From positions 3,200,001 to 3,264,000 of the forward strand of contig CAXXLQ010000004.1 in the NCBI GenBank assembly GCA_963668695.2: DNA of 64,000 bases. Reading direction: 5' to 3'. The stretch comes from Vicinamibacteria bacterium. Lineage in GTDB: Bacteria > Acidobacteriota > Vicinamibacteria > Marinacidobacterales > Marinacidobacteraceae. The translations under genes were made by a program, and so were the position numbers. Each line of letters opens with the position of its first letter. The first letter of the stretch is position 1. Positions 20,033-29,749 of this stretch are shown one piece after another. The notes under the pieces were generated by a model that ran no database searches, was not told the DNA's origin, and was given only the letters and a program-made list of their open reading frames with translations.

Positions 20033-20593
20033 CTAGCGAAGAGCCTCGACCCTCTCGAAGGTCATCGAGTTCCCGCTCGGGAAGAACAGGGTCAGGAGGT
20101 TTCCTTCCACCGTGACCTCGCAGGGCTCGCGGTGGTTGTCGGCGGCTTCGGCGGCCGAGCGGAGCGCCATTGCCAGCGGAGCGGCAGGCAGCGGTCCGGC
20201 GGCCTCGCCCGCGGACAGGTGGTATTGATGGGTCAGGAGCAGCGACTTCCCGTCCCGGGACCACTCCCCGCCCTCGGCCGATCCCCGCAGCGTGGATCCG
20301 TCCTCTCCGGTCACGAAGAAGACCACGAACCACTCGCCGCTGCCGCCGTCTTCCCGGCTCGCCAGAAAGACGATCCTGCCGTCCACCGGCAGTTCCTCGC
20401 CGCCCTCCAGGCGGTATGCCCCCGGACGCCAGGAACCCACGATGGGATCGACCGCGGCCGCGACCCTCGGGGTGTCGGAATCGGCGGCCGTCGGCTCGCC
20501 CGGCGAACCGCAGGCGCCGAGCGCGAGGAGGCTGACCGCCAGCACGGAAGAGGGGGCGGGCCGGGCGACCGAAGGAGGAGGATTGGACAGCAT
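20033..20593 (-). CDS. Hypothetical lipoprotein (possibly lipocalin-like beta-barrel)
   Basis: LLALGAC lipobox, IVGSW motif, beta-rich, ends TFERV. Confidence 0.6.
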   Translation of the reverse strand: MLSNPPPSVARPAPSSVLAVSLLALGACGSPGEPTAADSDTPRVAAAVDPIVGSWRPGAYRLEGGEELPVDGRIVFLASREDGGSGEWFVVFFVTGEDGSTLRGSAEGGEWSRDGKSLLLTHQYHLSAGEAAGPLPAAPLAMALRSAAEAADNHREPCEVTVEGNLLTLFFPSGNSMTFERVEALR

Positions 20594-20668
20594 ACGAAAG
20601 AGAGGCTATCCGGTCCGCGGCCCGGAGGCGGCCAACCCCGGCGTCCCGCGGAGTAACCTTCCGTGCCC

Positions 20669-21613
20669 ATGAGAATCAGGGGGCAAGCGGCGCGCTGCGC
20701 CGTTGCCGGAAGCCTGGCGGCCTGCCTGCTCTTCCTGCCGGCGTGCTCTTCGTTCATCACGAACATTGCGGTGAATTCCCTCGCCGCGGTGCTCGCCGAA
20801 GGCGAGGCCGTATTCCGCTCGGACGATGACCTCGGCCTCGTCGAAGGGGCCCTCGCCAACAACCTGAAGCTGATGGAGACTCTCCTCGAAACCAGCCCGG
20901 AAAACCGGGAGGTCCTCCTGAGCGCTACCAAGGGTTTCCTGCTCTACGCCTACGGGTTCGTGGAGCCGGACCTCTTCAAGCTGGACTTCACCCAATTCGA
21001 CGAAAAGCAAGCGGTGCGGAGGCGGGCCGCGCGGCTCTACCGGCGCGCCACCGACTACGGACTGCGCGGGCTCGAGGTGGACTACCCGGGGATCAGCGAG
21101 CGGCTCCGGCGCGATCCCGAAGCGGCGGTGATGGAACTCGAGGTGGAGGATGCCGGGCTCGCGCTGTGGACCGGAACCGCGATCGGCGCCCGGATCGGGA
21201 TGGAGACCGACAATCCCGAGGCCACCGCGGATCTGTCGGTCATGGGAGCGCTGCTCTACCGGTCGCGGGAACTCGACGACGGCGTGGACGCCGGAGTGGT
21301 GTACGACTATCTGAGCATCTACGAGACGGCCCGGATCGGGGGCTCCCTCGACGAGGCCCGCGAGTACTACGAACACGCCCTCCAGCTCGGGCCGGATCGG
21401 CGGCCGGTGCTCTGGTCCACCTGGGCGGAAACCGGGTCAGTCGCCGGCGGCGACCGGGAGGAGTTCGAAACCCTCCTGCAGCAGACGCTCGATTTCGACA
21501 TCGACAGCGAACCGGAAGGCCGCCTCCTGAATCGGGTGGCGCAGAAACGGGCGGCCTGGCTGCTCGCCAACGTGGACGACTATTTCTTCGACGAAATGCA
21601 GGACCACTGCTGA
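20669..21613 (+). CDS. TRAP transporter TatT-like (TPR) lipoprotein component
   Basis: Lipobox LPAC; SDDDLGLVEGAL..LKLMETLL, YAYGFVE and helical repeats; directly upstream of dctP. Confidence 0.8.
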   Translation: MRIRGQAARCAVAGSLAACLLFLPACSSFITNIAVNSLAAVLAEGEAVFRSDDDLGLVEGALANNLKLMETLLETSPENREVLLSATKGFLLYAYGFVEPDLFKLDFTQFDEKQAVRRRAARLYRRATDYGLRGLEVDYPGISERLRRDPEAAVMELEVEDAGLALWTGTAIGARIGMETDNPEATADLSVMGALLYRSRELDDGVDAGVVYDYLSIYETARIGGSLDEAREYYEHALQLGPDRRPVLWSTWAETGSVAGGDREEFETLLQQTLDFDIDSEPEGRLLNRVAQKRAAWLLANVDDYFFDEMQDHC

Positions 21614-21623
21614 GGATCCCGTC

Positions 21624-22655
21624 ATGAACAGACTCAAGGAGCTTTTCTCCGCCCGGCGCGGCGTCCTATTGGCGGCCGCCGGTCTCGCCCTCCTCCTGCC
21701 GGCGGCCGCGGCCGAGGCGCAGGTCAACCTGCGTCTCGCCACGGTGGCGCCCCGGGGATCTGCCTGGTACCTCATCCTCGACAAGATGGTGGCCGCCATC
21801 GGCCGGGACACCGGGGGCGAAGTGCACATCCGCATCATCGCCGGGGGCGCCGCCGGCGACGAGAGCGACATGATCCGCAAGATGCGGCTCGGTCAGGTCC
21901 AGATCGCCGCGGTCTCCAATGTGGGCCTCGCGGAGCTGGACTCGAGTGCCTGGACGCTTTCCATTCCCATGGTGTTCCGTAACTATGCTGAATGGGACCA
22001 TGTCCGGGAAGCCATGAATCCGAGCATCGAGGAGGCGCTCCGGGGACACGGGTTCCGGACTCTCGCCTGGGCCGACGTGGGGTGGCTTCACTTCTTCGCG
22101 AGCAAACCCGTCAATTCACTCGACGACCTGAAGAACCTGAAGCTGGCGGGCGCCGCGAGCGACCCGACGGTGCTCGATCTCCTGCGCTGGGCGGGTTTCG
22201 ACCCGGTCCAGATCAACACGGTCGAACTCGTCAGCGGCTTTCAGACCGGGCTCGTCGAAGCGGCGCCCCTGCCGGTCATCCTCGCGGAGGGATCCCAGCT
22301 CTACCGTTCGGCCGAGTTCATGAACGACCTGCCCTGGGCGCCGATGCAGGGCGCCCTCATCATCCACGATCAGGGATGGGACCGGCTGGACCCCTCCCAG
22401 CAGGAGGTGGTCGCCCGCCGGAGCCAGGAAGCGGCGCTGGAACTCCGCGCGACGAACCGCGAGCAGGAGCGGAAATCGCTGGAGGCGATGAAATCCCGTG
22501 GCCTCCAGGTGATCGAAGCCTCCGCGGCGTTCGAAGCCGATTGGCTCGAGGCGGCCGAAGTGATGTTCCCGATGATCCGGGAACGCCTGGTCCCTGCCCC
22601 GGTGTTCGACCGGGTAATCCGGCTCCGCGACGAGTTCCGGGCGGCCCGGGAGTAG
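21624..22655 (+). CDS. dctP: TRAP substrate-binding protein DctP (TatP-like)
   Basis: LRLATVAPRGSAW, GDESDMIRKMRLGQ and DDLKNLKL motifs. Confidence 0.9.
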   Translation: MNRLKELFSARRGVLLAAAGLALLLPAAAAEAQVNLRLATVAPRGSAWYLILDKMVAAIGRDTGGEVHIRIIAGGAAGDESDMIRKMRLGQVQIAAVSNVGLAELDSSAWTLSIPMVFRNYAEWDHVREAMNPSIEEALRGHGFRTLAWADVGWLHFFASKPVNSLDDLKNLKLAGAASDPTVLDLLRWAGFDPVQINTVELVSGFQTGLVEAAPLPVILAEGSQLYRSAEFMNDLPWAPMQGALIIHDQGWDRLDPSQQEVVARRSQEAALELRATNREQERKSLEAMKSRGLQVIEASAAFEADWLEAAEVMFPMIRERLVPAPVFDRVIRLRDEFRAARE

Positions 22656-22679
22656 GGCGAGTAGGGAACCTGCCGCCCC

Positions 22680-24527
22680 ATGAGCGAGGCCGCCGCCGAA
22701 GAAACCTCCGGATCCGCCCCGTCGCCCGGACGCCTCGCGGGGTTCGAGGACGCCCTCTCGGTGGGCGCCCTGGTCCTGATGGCGGCGATCCCGATCGGGG
22801 AGGCGCTCATCCGGCCGGTGTATCCGACCGGGATTCCCGGTTCGACCACGTGGGTGCAACACCTCGCGCTCTGGGTGGGTTTCCTGGGAGCGGCGGTGGC
22901 GGCCCGCCGGGGGGAACTGCTCTCGCTCAGCGCGGGCCCGAGCATGGCGTCCGACGTCTGGCGACCGCGACTCCTCTCGCTCTCCGGCGCCGTCGGCGTC
23001 GTGGTGTCGATCGTACTCGCCTACGCGAGCGTGGTGCTGATCCGCGCGGAGTGGTCGGGTGGGCGCGAGCTCGCTTTCGGAGTTCCGGTATGGGTTGCCG
23101 AAGGCGTGATGCCGGTGGGCTTCTTGCTGATCGGCTGGCGGCTCTTCCGCCGGATCCCGACCCGCTGGGGCCGCTGGGCGGCCATCCTCGGCCTCGCCAT
23201 CCCGCTCCTGCTGCACGAGGGACTCACCGGGTTCGACCTCACCGGGAACGGGATCGAATGGCCGCTGCTCGCCCTGATCCTGATTGCCGCGGCGTTCGGA
23301 GCCCCGATCTTCGTGGCGCTCGGCGGCGCCGCCGCCGTGCTCCTGTGGAGCAACTGGGACCCGGTCGCCGCGATTCCCGCGGAGGCCTACAGCATGGTCA
23401 GCAAGCCGATGCTGCCGACCATCCCGCTGTTCACCCTCGCGGGCTACATCCTCGCCGAAGGCGGCGCTCCGAAACGGCTCGTGATCCTCTTCCGCGGGCT
23501 CTTCGGCTGGATGCCGGGCGGGATCGCGGTGGTCGCCCTCGTGGTGTCGGCGTTTTTCACCTCTTTCACCGGGGGAAGCGGGGTGACGATCCTCGCGATG
23601 GGGGGCCTGATGTACCCCATGATGCTCGCCGAAGGGCACCGTCCGAAGTTTTCGACCGGTCTCCTGACCGCGGCGGGCTCGCTGGGGCTCCTGCTGCCCC
23701 CCTCGCTGGCCGTCATCCTCTACGCGCTCATCGCCGAGGTGGACATCTCGCGGCTTTTCGTGGCCGGAATCGTCCCGACGGTGATCCAGATCGGGCTGGT
23801 GGCGGGTTTCACCATCTTCGTGACCCGGCGCTTCGCCGGCAAGACGTCCCCCTTCCAGGTGCGCGAGGCGGCGCGGGCGGTCTGGATCGCCAAGTGGGAA
23901 GCGGCCATCCCCATCGTGGTTCTGGGGGTCATCCTCGGCGGGTTCGCGACCCTCGTGGAGGCGGCCGCCCTCACGGTCCTTTACGCGCTCTTCATCGAGT
24001 TCGTGGTGCACCGGGAGGGGAAAACGCTTTCCGACCTCGTCCGCACCGGTGGGAACGCGGTAACCCTGATCGGCGGCGTGCTGCTCATCCTGGGCACCGC
24101 GCTCGGGCTCACCAACTACCTGATTTTCGCCGACATCCCGGGCACCGCGGTCGACTGGGTCCAATCGTTCGTGGCCTCCCCGCTGTTCTTCCTGCTGTTA
24201 CTGAACGTCTTCCTGCTGGTGGTCGGGTGTCTCATGGACATCTATTCGGCGATCGTGGTCGTCGTCCCCCTGATCGTTCCCCTCGGGCTCGCCTATGGAG
24301 TGGACCCGGTCCACCTCGGCATCATCTTCCTGACGAACCTCGAACTGGGCTATCTCACCCCGCCGGTGGGCATGAACCTCTTCCTCGCCTCCTACCGGTT
24401 CAAAAGGCCCCTCGGCGAGGTCTATCGCGCGTCCGTCCCCTTCTTGCTGATTCGAGCCGGCGCGGTACTGCTCGTGACCTACATCCCGTATCTCACGCTC
24501 GCGTTGCCGGGGCTGGTGTTCGACTAG
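22680..24527 (+). CDS. Fused TRAP small/large permease DctQM
   Basis: Polytopic membrane protein with IPLFTLAG, GSLGLLLPPS and GVDPVHLG..NLELGYLTPPVGMNLF motifs. Confidence 0.92.
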   Translation: MSEAAAEETSGSAPSPGRLAGFEDALSVGALVLMAAIPIGEALIRPVYPTGIPGSTTWVQHLALWVGFLGAAVAARRGELLSLSAGPSMASDVWRPRLLSLSGAVGVVVSIVLAYASVVLIRAEWSGGRELAFGVPVWVAEGVMPVGFLLIGWRLFRRIPTRWGRWAAILGLAIPLLLHEGLTGFDLTGNGIEWPLLALILIAAAFGAPIFVALGGAAAVLLWSNWDPVAAIPAEAYSMVSKPMLPTIPLFTLAGYILAEGGAPKRLVILFRGLFGWMPGGIAVVALVVSAFFTSFTGGSGVTILAMGGLMYPMMLAEGHRPKFSTGLLTAAGSLGLLLPPSLAVILYALIAEVDISRLFVAGIVPTVIQIGLVAGFTIFVTRRFAGKTSPFQVREAARAVWIAKWEAAIPIVVLGVILGGFATLVEAAALTVLYALFIEFVVHREGKTLSDLVRTGGNAVTLIGGVLLILGTALGLTNYLIFADIPGTAVDWVQSFVASPLFFLLLLNVFLLVVGCLMDIYSAIVVVVPLIVPLGLAYGVDPVHLGIIFLTNLELGYLTPPVGMNLFLASYRFKRPLGEVYRASVPFLLIRAGAVLLVTYIPYLTLALPGLVFD

Positions 24528-24556
24528 CCCGAAAAGGGACTGCCTGAGGGCACCGA

Positions 24557-25816
24557 GTGGATTTCCAGATCGCCGACCGGCACCGGAAACGCCGTACCCG
24601 GCGGCTGATCTTCGCCGGCGGAGGGGTGGCCGCGCTGGCGGCGCTCCTGATCCTGCTCGGCAGGATCGCCCCCGGGCTCCCCGAGGTGAACCGCTCCGTC
24701 GTCTGGACCGGCGTTGTCGAGCGGGGCGAGCTCGTGCGGCAGGTGCGCGGCCCCGGCAGCCTGCAGGTTCCTCCCGAACAGATCCGCTGGCTGGCCGCGG
24801 AGACCCGCGGACGGGTTGAAGAGCGCCGCGTCCTGCCGGGGACGCCGGTCGAAGCGGACACCGTGCTGCTCGTCCTCTCCAATCCGGAGTTGGCGCAGCA
24901 GACCCGGGACGCCGAACTCCAGCTCCGCGCCCAGGAGGCGGAACTCCGCCGGCTGCTGGATCAGACCCGATCCAATTTGCTGGAGCAGCAAAACGCCGCC
25001 GGCCAGTTGGCCTCCTCCTCGACGAAGGCCCGGCGGCTCGCCGACGCCAACCAGAAACTCTTCGAGGCGGGATTCGTCGGGGAGCTGATCCACCGGCGCA
25101 GCCAGGTCAGCGCCGAAGAACTCAAGACCCGCCACGCACTCGAAGAGGAGCGTCTCTTCATCCTTTCCGATTCCAGCAAGGCGCAGCTCACCTCCAAGGA
25201 AGCGACGGTGGCGCGCTTTCGGGCGGTGCTGGCGCTCCGCCGGCGTCAGCTCGCGGCCCTCACGGTGCGGGCCGGACGGGTCGGAATCCTGCTGGAGGCT
25301 CCCGTCGAAGTCGGCCAGGAGGTGACCCCCGGGCAAAACCTCGCGCGGGTGGCCGATCCCCAGGAACTGAAGGCGGTGCTGCGGATCGCCGAGACGCAGG
25401 CGCGCGACATCGAGCCCGGCCAATCGGCGCTCGTGGACACCCGCAACGGTGTCATCGAGGGCGTCGTTTCCCGGGTGGATCCCGCGGTGCGCGACGGGAC
25501 GGTGGCGGTGGACATCCGGCTTGAGGGCGCGCTCCCCCGCGGCGCCCGTCCGGACCTTTCGGTGGACGGCACCATCGAACTGGACCGGATCCCGGACACG
25601 CTCCACGTCGGCCGGCCGGCCTACGGCCAGCCGGGGAGCACGGTTGGGCTCTTCCGGATCGCGCCCGACGGTCAGACCGCGGTGCGTGTTCCGGTCGAAC
25701 TCGGAAGGGGCTCGGTGAACCGCATCGAGGTGCTCGGCGGCCTCGCCGAGGGCGACGAGATCATCCTCTCGGACACCTCCGCCTGGGACACCTGGGACGC
25801 GATCCGGTTGCGGTAG
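24557..25816 (+). CDS. Efflux transporter periplasmic adaptor (MFP/HlyD family)
   Basis: TM anchor, VRGPGSL, coiled coil, RVDPAVRDGTV, ARPDLSVDGTIE and GLAEGDEIILSD motifs. Confidence 0.9.
   Translation: MDFQIADRHRKRRTRRLIFAGGGVAALAALLILLGRIAPGLPEVNRSVVWTGVVERGELVRQVRGPGSLQVPPEQIRWLAAETRGRVEERRVLPGTPVEADTVLLVLSNPELAQQTRDAELQLRAQEAELRRLLDQTRSNLLEQQNAAGQLASSSTKARRLADANQKLFEAGFVGELIHRRSQVSAEELKTRHALEEERLFILSDSSKAQLTSKEATVARFRAVLALRRRQLAALTVRAGRVGILLEAPVEVGQEVTPGQNLARVADPQELKAVLRIAETQARDIEPGQSALVDTRNGVIEGVVSRVDPAVRDGTVAVDIRLEGALPRGARPDLSVDGTIELDRIPDTLHVGRPAYGQPGSTVGLFRIAPDGQTAVRVPVELGRGSVNRIEVLGGLAEGDEIILSDTSAWDTWDAIRLR
25682..25816 (+). repeat. Direct repeat B, copy 1 (MFP gene 3' end)
   Basis: Matches 31448-31581 with about 10 differences by eye. 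Confidence 0.9.
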
Positions 25817-25861
25817 AGCGGCGTTCGAGCGCCCTGCACCGGTCCGGCAACTGGCTGTTGG

Positions 25862-25885
25862 CAGCCGGTGGAGCAAGTCACGCGG
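25862..25885 (-). repeat. Isolated right-end fragment of the MITE-like repeat
   Basis: CAGCCGGTGGAGCAAGTCACGCGG resembles the reverse complement of CCGCGTGACTTTGTCCACAGGCTG. Confidence 0.55.
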
Positions 25886-25925
25886 CCCGGTCCTTCCGGT
25901 GCGGGCCAGAGTGGCTGGTGTCCTT

Positions 25926-26170
25926 TCATTCATCAGGTGTCGGATAGAGGCGTTTCAGCTTGACGCGGGCGTCGTCCGTGGTGAACTGCCAGTTGACCCT
26001 GGCCTGAATGCGGTCTCGGGACGCCTGCCAGGCCGCGACCTCGTCGCGCAGGATCTGTCGCGCAGGATCTCGAGGGAGTCCAGGCGGCGATTGAGGCACT
26101 GACGGGTCATTACGTTGAGCTCGACCTCGGCGACGCTGAGCCAACTGCCGTGCCTGGGCGTGTCCCATTC
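25926..26170 (-). pseudogene. IS630-family transposase C-terminal remnant
   Basis: TPRHGSWLSVAEVELNVMTRQCLNRR / EVAAWQASRD..VNWQFTTDDARVKLKRLYP. The frame is broken by a short duplication near 26043-26070. Confidence 0.85.
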
Positions 26171-26199
26171 AGGCGCTCTCGCCGTTGTCCGGTCGCCGT

Positions 26200-28902
26200 T
26201 CATTCGCCGCGGACGACGATCTCGGTGAGGCCGGAGCGCAACCCTTCCGCGTGGTGGAGGACGATGCGCACCCGGTCGGCGGCCTCCGGCGCGAACCGGA
26301 TTTGGTGGAGGCTCATCGAGAGCGGAATGTCGGGCGTCTGGGTCGCGTCCGGGAGATCGCGCCAACCGGAATCGCCATTCGCCACCTGCACCTCGATGCG
26401 TACCGGCGCGCCGGTGCCCCGGCTCTCCCAGCTCCATAAGTACAGATCGAGGCCGCTCACCGCTCGGCTCCCGCCAAGCGCGATCTCCACCCAGTCGCGC
26501 TGGCGGGGGGAGCCCAGCGCCGTCCACTGCCGGTCGGAGTAGCGGTTGAAGCCGATGCGCCCGTCGGTGAGTCGGCCGGCGACTCCCTCCGGGTCGAAAG
26601 AAGCCCGTACCGGCCGGGATCGGGCCAGGTTCGGCGTGCGGGTCCCGGGCTCCGGAAGCGGCGCGGGCACCTTCGCCCAGACCTCGATTTCGGAGAGTCC
26701 CGCCACCCGACCCGGCGGGTGGGTGAGCACCACCCGCAGGCGCCGGGTCGTGGTCGGCGCCAGCTCGACCCGGTTGGCGCGACGGCCCGCGGGGAGCGCC
26801 GGCGTCCGCTTTCGGACCCGGGCCGGAACGAAACGCCGGCCCTCCCAGACTTCGATCCGGTAGGAGGACGGAGCGGCGGCGAGCGGGGCCGCGCGCGCAC
26901 CACCGGGAAGCAGGTGCTCCGGGGCGTCCTCGGCTACCAGATCGGGGAGCCCCGCCGTGTCATCGAGAAAGTACAGCCGGACCTCCTCCACGGGGCGCGC
27001 CACGCCGAAGTCCACTTCCAGCCAATCCTCGTCTCTCGCGCCACTCGGCAGCCAGCGGTTCGGGGGGGCCCGGTGATACCAGAACTGGCCGTCCGACGCC
27101 CACCGAGGCGGATAGCGCGGGTGGGAACTGGAGGCGGAGACCGCGGGATACCAGTCGGGGCCGTTGTTCACCGCGAGGTTGCGGGGGCGCGCCGCCTCCG
27201 GGTCGGAGGGCGGCGGCGGCGCCAGGCGGGCGGGAAAACCGGCCAGATCCACCTCCAGCCGACCCGGATCGGCACGGTGCGCCGCCAGTTCCCCGTCGAC
27301 GAACAGCGAGAGGCCGGCGCCCCGCCGGTAGCGATCCCCGTCCCGGTCCCAGACCACGCTGACCGTTCGCCCACGGTAGGCCACTCCGTCGAGGGCGAAC
27401 CAGTCCCACTCCAGCGGCGCCAACGGGTTCACGACGAGCCGGTCGTCGTCCTGCGGTCGGAGGCCGACCAGCCCGGTGATGGCGAGGTCAACGAACGTCG
27501 AATGCAGGTAGTGCTCGCTGTGGAAGAAGCTGTCGTGCCCCGACCAGGAGCCCGTCTCCGGGTGGCTCGCCTCGGCGAGATAGGGGCGGCCCTGTTTGCG
27601 GTGCGAGAGCGCGTACGTCCGGAACAGCGCGAACCAGTCAGCGGCGTTCACCTCTTCCTGCTGGTACTCGTTCAGCAGTCTCGCCATGGCGGTGAGCGTC
27701 TGCGTGCTGGCGTAGGGCCACACATTGCCGCTCCAGACGCAGCACCGGGGAGATTCGTAGTAGAGCGGGTCGTTCTTCTCGGTGGTCCGCAGCCCGGCGC
27801 GGGCGTTGAAGCGTTCCGGGTCCATGAGAAACCCCCAGGCCGGCTCGTAACCGGGACCCGGGAGGCCGAACTGCCAGGGGACGAACCCGATGGCCTCCCG
27901 CCCGTAGGGGCTGCCCGCCCAGGGTCCGCTCTCGTAGGTGAGCGAACCGGCGCGGATCATCGCCCCGGGAGACGAGGCGGCGCGCCGCGCTCCCGCGACC
28001 GCCGCGGCGCCCTCGGGTTCGCTCCCGGAACCGGGCCAGGGGTCGTCCACGCCCGGCTCGTCCTCGGCGAACTGCGGGAAGAAGAAGCGGCGCTCGGGGT
28101 CCCAGAGCTCCTCCTGGATCCGGGCCCTCAGCTCGCCGGCGCGAGCTTCGAAAGCGGCGGCCGCCTCCAGGTCGCCGGCGAGTCGGTAGGTCCTGGCGAT
28201 GGCGGTCGCGTCGGCCCAGAGATAGCTGTTCAACGTGGGCCGATACCCCTCGGCCCCGTCGAACCACTGCTCGGTTTGCCGCGAGTTGATGTTGGTCTCC
28301 ATCCCATCGTGCATCCCATCCCAGCGGAACATCCGGTGCCCGCCGTCCCAGCGCTCCTTCATCCAGCCTTCGTACTGCCGCACCATCAGCGGCAGCATCG
28401 AAACCACCCAGTCCCGGTCGCCCAGCACCCGGTAGGCGGCCCACACGCCGTCGGCGTACCAGTTGGAATAGCTGCGGGGTTCGGCGCCGGGAGTTTCGAG
28501 CCAGTAGCGGGCGAAGTCGTCGAGGATGTCGGGGCGCTTCAGCCAGCGGATCTCGTAGAACTGATGCCCCAGGGGGCAGGAAATCGCCCCGTAGGCCCCG
28601 GACCAGAAGGGGCGGTCCATGAACTCGGTGAAGGTGTAGCCGTGCTCCGGGGAGCCGTAGACCAGGTGCTTCGTGAGCAGCTCCAAGCGGTAGTAGTAGG
28701 TCGCGTCAATCTCCGGGTCGGGCGTCTCGAGGAAGGGGACCGCCTCCCTGAACCAGTCGGTGTCGAGGTTGTCCCGCCAGTCGAAGCGGCCGAGCTGCGC
28801 TTCCGGATCAAGGATCGGCCCCGCGGGAGTCTCCGGGCTGCAAGCGGTGAGCAGCAGCGCGGCCGCCAGCGTGGCGCGGAACAGGCAGCGGGCGGAACTC
28901 AC
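26200..28902 (-). CDS. Lipoprotein glycoside hydrolase (MGH1/GH63-like barrel) with C-terminal discoidin (F5/8C)-like domains
   Basis: LLTAC lipobox; YYYR, HDGME, WSGNVWPYAST, YLHSTF; two repeats of W..DWxEV(I)..G...EIEV type. Confidence 0.75.
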   Translation of the reverse strand: MSSARCLFRATLAAALLLTACSPETPAGPILDPEAQLGRFDWRDNLDTDWFREAVPFLETPDPEIDATYYYRLELLTKHLVYGSPEHGYTFTEFMDRPFWSGAYGAISCPLGHQFYEIRWLKRPDILDDFARYWLETPGAEPRSYSNWYADGVWAAYRVLGDRDWVVSMLPLMVRQYEGWMKERWDGGHRMFRWDGMHDGMETNINSRQTEQWFDGAEGYRPTLNSYLWADATAIARTYRLAGDLEAAAAFEARAGELRARIQEELWDPERRFFFPQFAEDEPGVDDPWPGSGSEPEGAAAVAGARRAASSPGAMIRAGSLTYESGPWAGSPYGREAIGFVPWQFGLPGPGYEPAWGFLMDPERFNARAGLRTTEKNDPLYYESPRCCVWSGNVWPYASTQTLTAMARLLNEYQQEEVNAADWFALFRTYALSHRKQGRPYLAEASHPETGSWSGHDSFFHSEHYLHSTFVDLAITGLVGLRPQDDDRLVVNPLAPLEWDWFALDGVAYRGRTVSVVWDRDGDRYRRGAGLSLFVDGELAAHRADPGRLEVDLAGFPARLAPPPPSDPEAARPRNLAVNNGPDWYPAVSASSSHPRYPPRWASDGQFWYHRAPPNRWLPSGARDEDWLEVDFGVARPVEEVRLYFLDDTAGLPDLVAEDAPEHLLPGGARAAPLAAAPSSYRIEVWEGRRFVPARVRKRTPALPAGRRANRVELAPTTTRRLRVVLTHPPGRVAGLSEIEVWAKVPAPLPEPGTRTPNLARSRPVRASFDPEGVAGRLTDGRIGFNRYSDRQWTALGSPRQRDWVEIALGGSRAVSGLDLYLWSWESRGTGAPVRIEVQVANGDSGWRDLPDATQTPDIPLSMSLHQIRFAPEAADRVRIVLHHAEGLRSGLTEIVVRGE

Positions 28903-29041
28903 GGCCGCATCGTATGGGAGGACGGCCGGGGGCCGTTGCCGCCCGGCGGCGCATCCGGCAGCCTGGCGGCGGGCCGCCGGCTCCGGACCGCCGGTTCCGG
29001 GCCCGGCCGGGATCAGCCGGCAGTGGTCGCTCAGGGGTCGC

Positions 29042-29749
29042 TAGCAGCCTGTGGTGAAACTCACGTGAGCGCCGAGACGGGCGAGGCCCAGTTCTCCCGG
29101 TGGGGCCAGTTCTCCCGGTGGGGGCCCGGCTGACAAGGCGCGCGAGGGAGGAGCCCCCACCGGGAGAACTGGCCCGAGTGTATTTCGACCGAAACGCAAC
29201 GCAGAGCCCCGCGAAGCGGGGCGGTGAACAGCCGGTGGTGGAACCCACGTGAGCGCCGAGGCTGGCCAGTCTCCCGGCGAGGCCCAGTTCTCCCGGTGGG
29301 GGTCCGACTGACAAGGCGCGTGAGGGAGGAGCCCCCACCGGGAGAACTGGCCCGAGTGTATTTCGACCGAAACGCAACGATGAGCGGCGCGAAAGCGACG
29401 CGGTGAACAGCCGGTGGTGGAACCCGCGTGAGCGCCGAGGCCGGCGAGGCCCAGTTCTCCCGGTGGGGGTCCGGCTGACAAGGCGCGTGAGGGAGGAGCC
29501 CCCACCGGGAGAACTGGCCCGGGTGTATTTCGACCGAAACGCAACGATGAGCGGCGCGCAGCGACGCGGTTCAGCCGGGATGGATCGCCGGCCGAACGCC
29601 GCGCGGGTTTCATCACCGGCTGTTTGGCCGGGATGGATCGCTGGCCGAACGCCGCGTGGGTTTCATCACCGGCTGTTTGGCCGGGATGCATCGCCCGTCG
29701 AGCCCCCACCGGGAGAACTGGGCCGCGTGGGTTTTGCCACAGGCTGCTA
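29042..29749. mobile_element. Triply nested MITE-like repeats with multiple tag insertions
   Basis: Left ends at 29045, 29229 and 29408; right ends at 29622, 29675 and 29746. CTAG on both outer flanks; the right one contains the galM stop codon. Confidence 0.88.

Noticed and set aside
25926-26170. IS630 remnant as the autonomous partner of the MITE
   Set aside because: Only a broken C-terminal fragment remains. An adjacent MITE end fragment is suggestive, but I cannot show shared termini.
29042-29749. Possible CRISPR array (recurring ~20-nt motif)
   Set aside because: The motif occurs in both orientations, the intervening DNA is itself repeated rather than unique spacers, and no cas genes are present.
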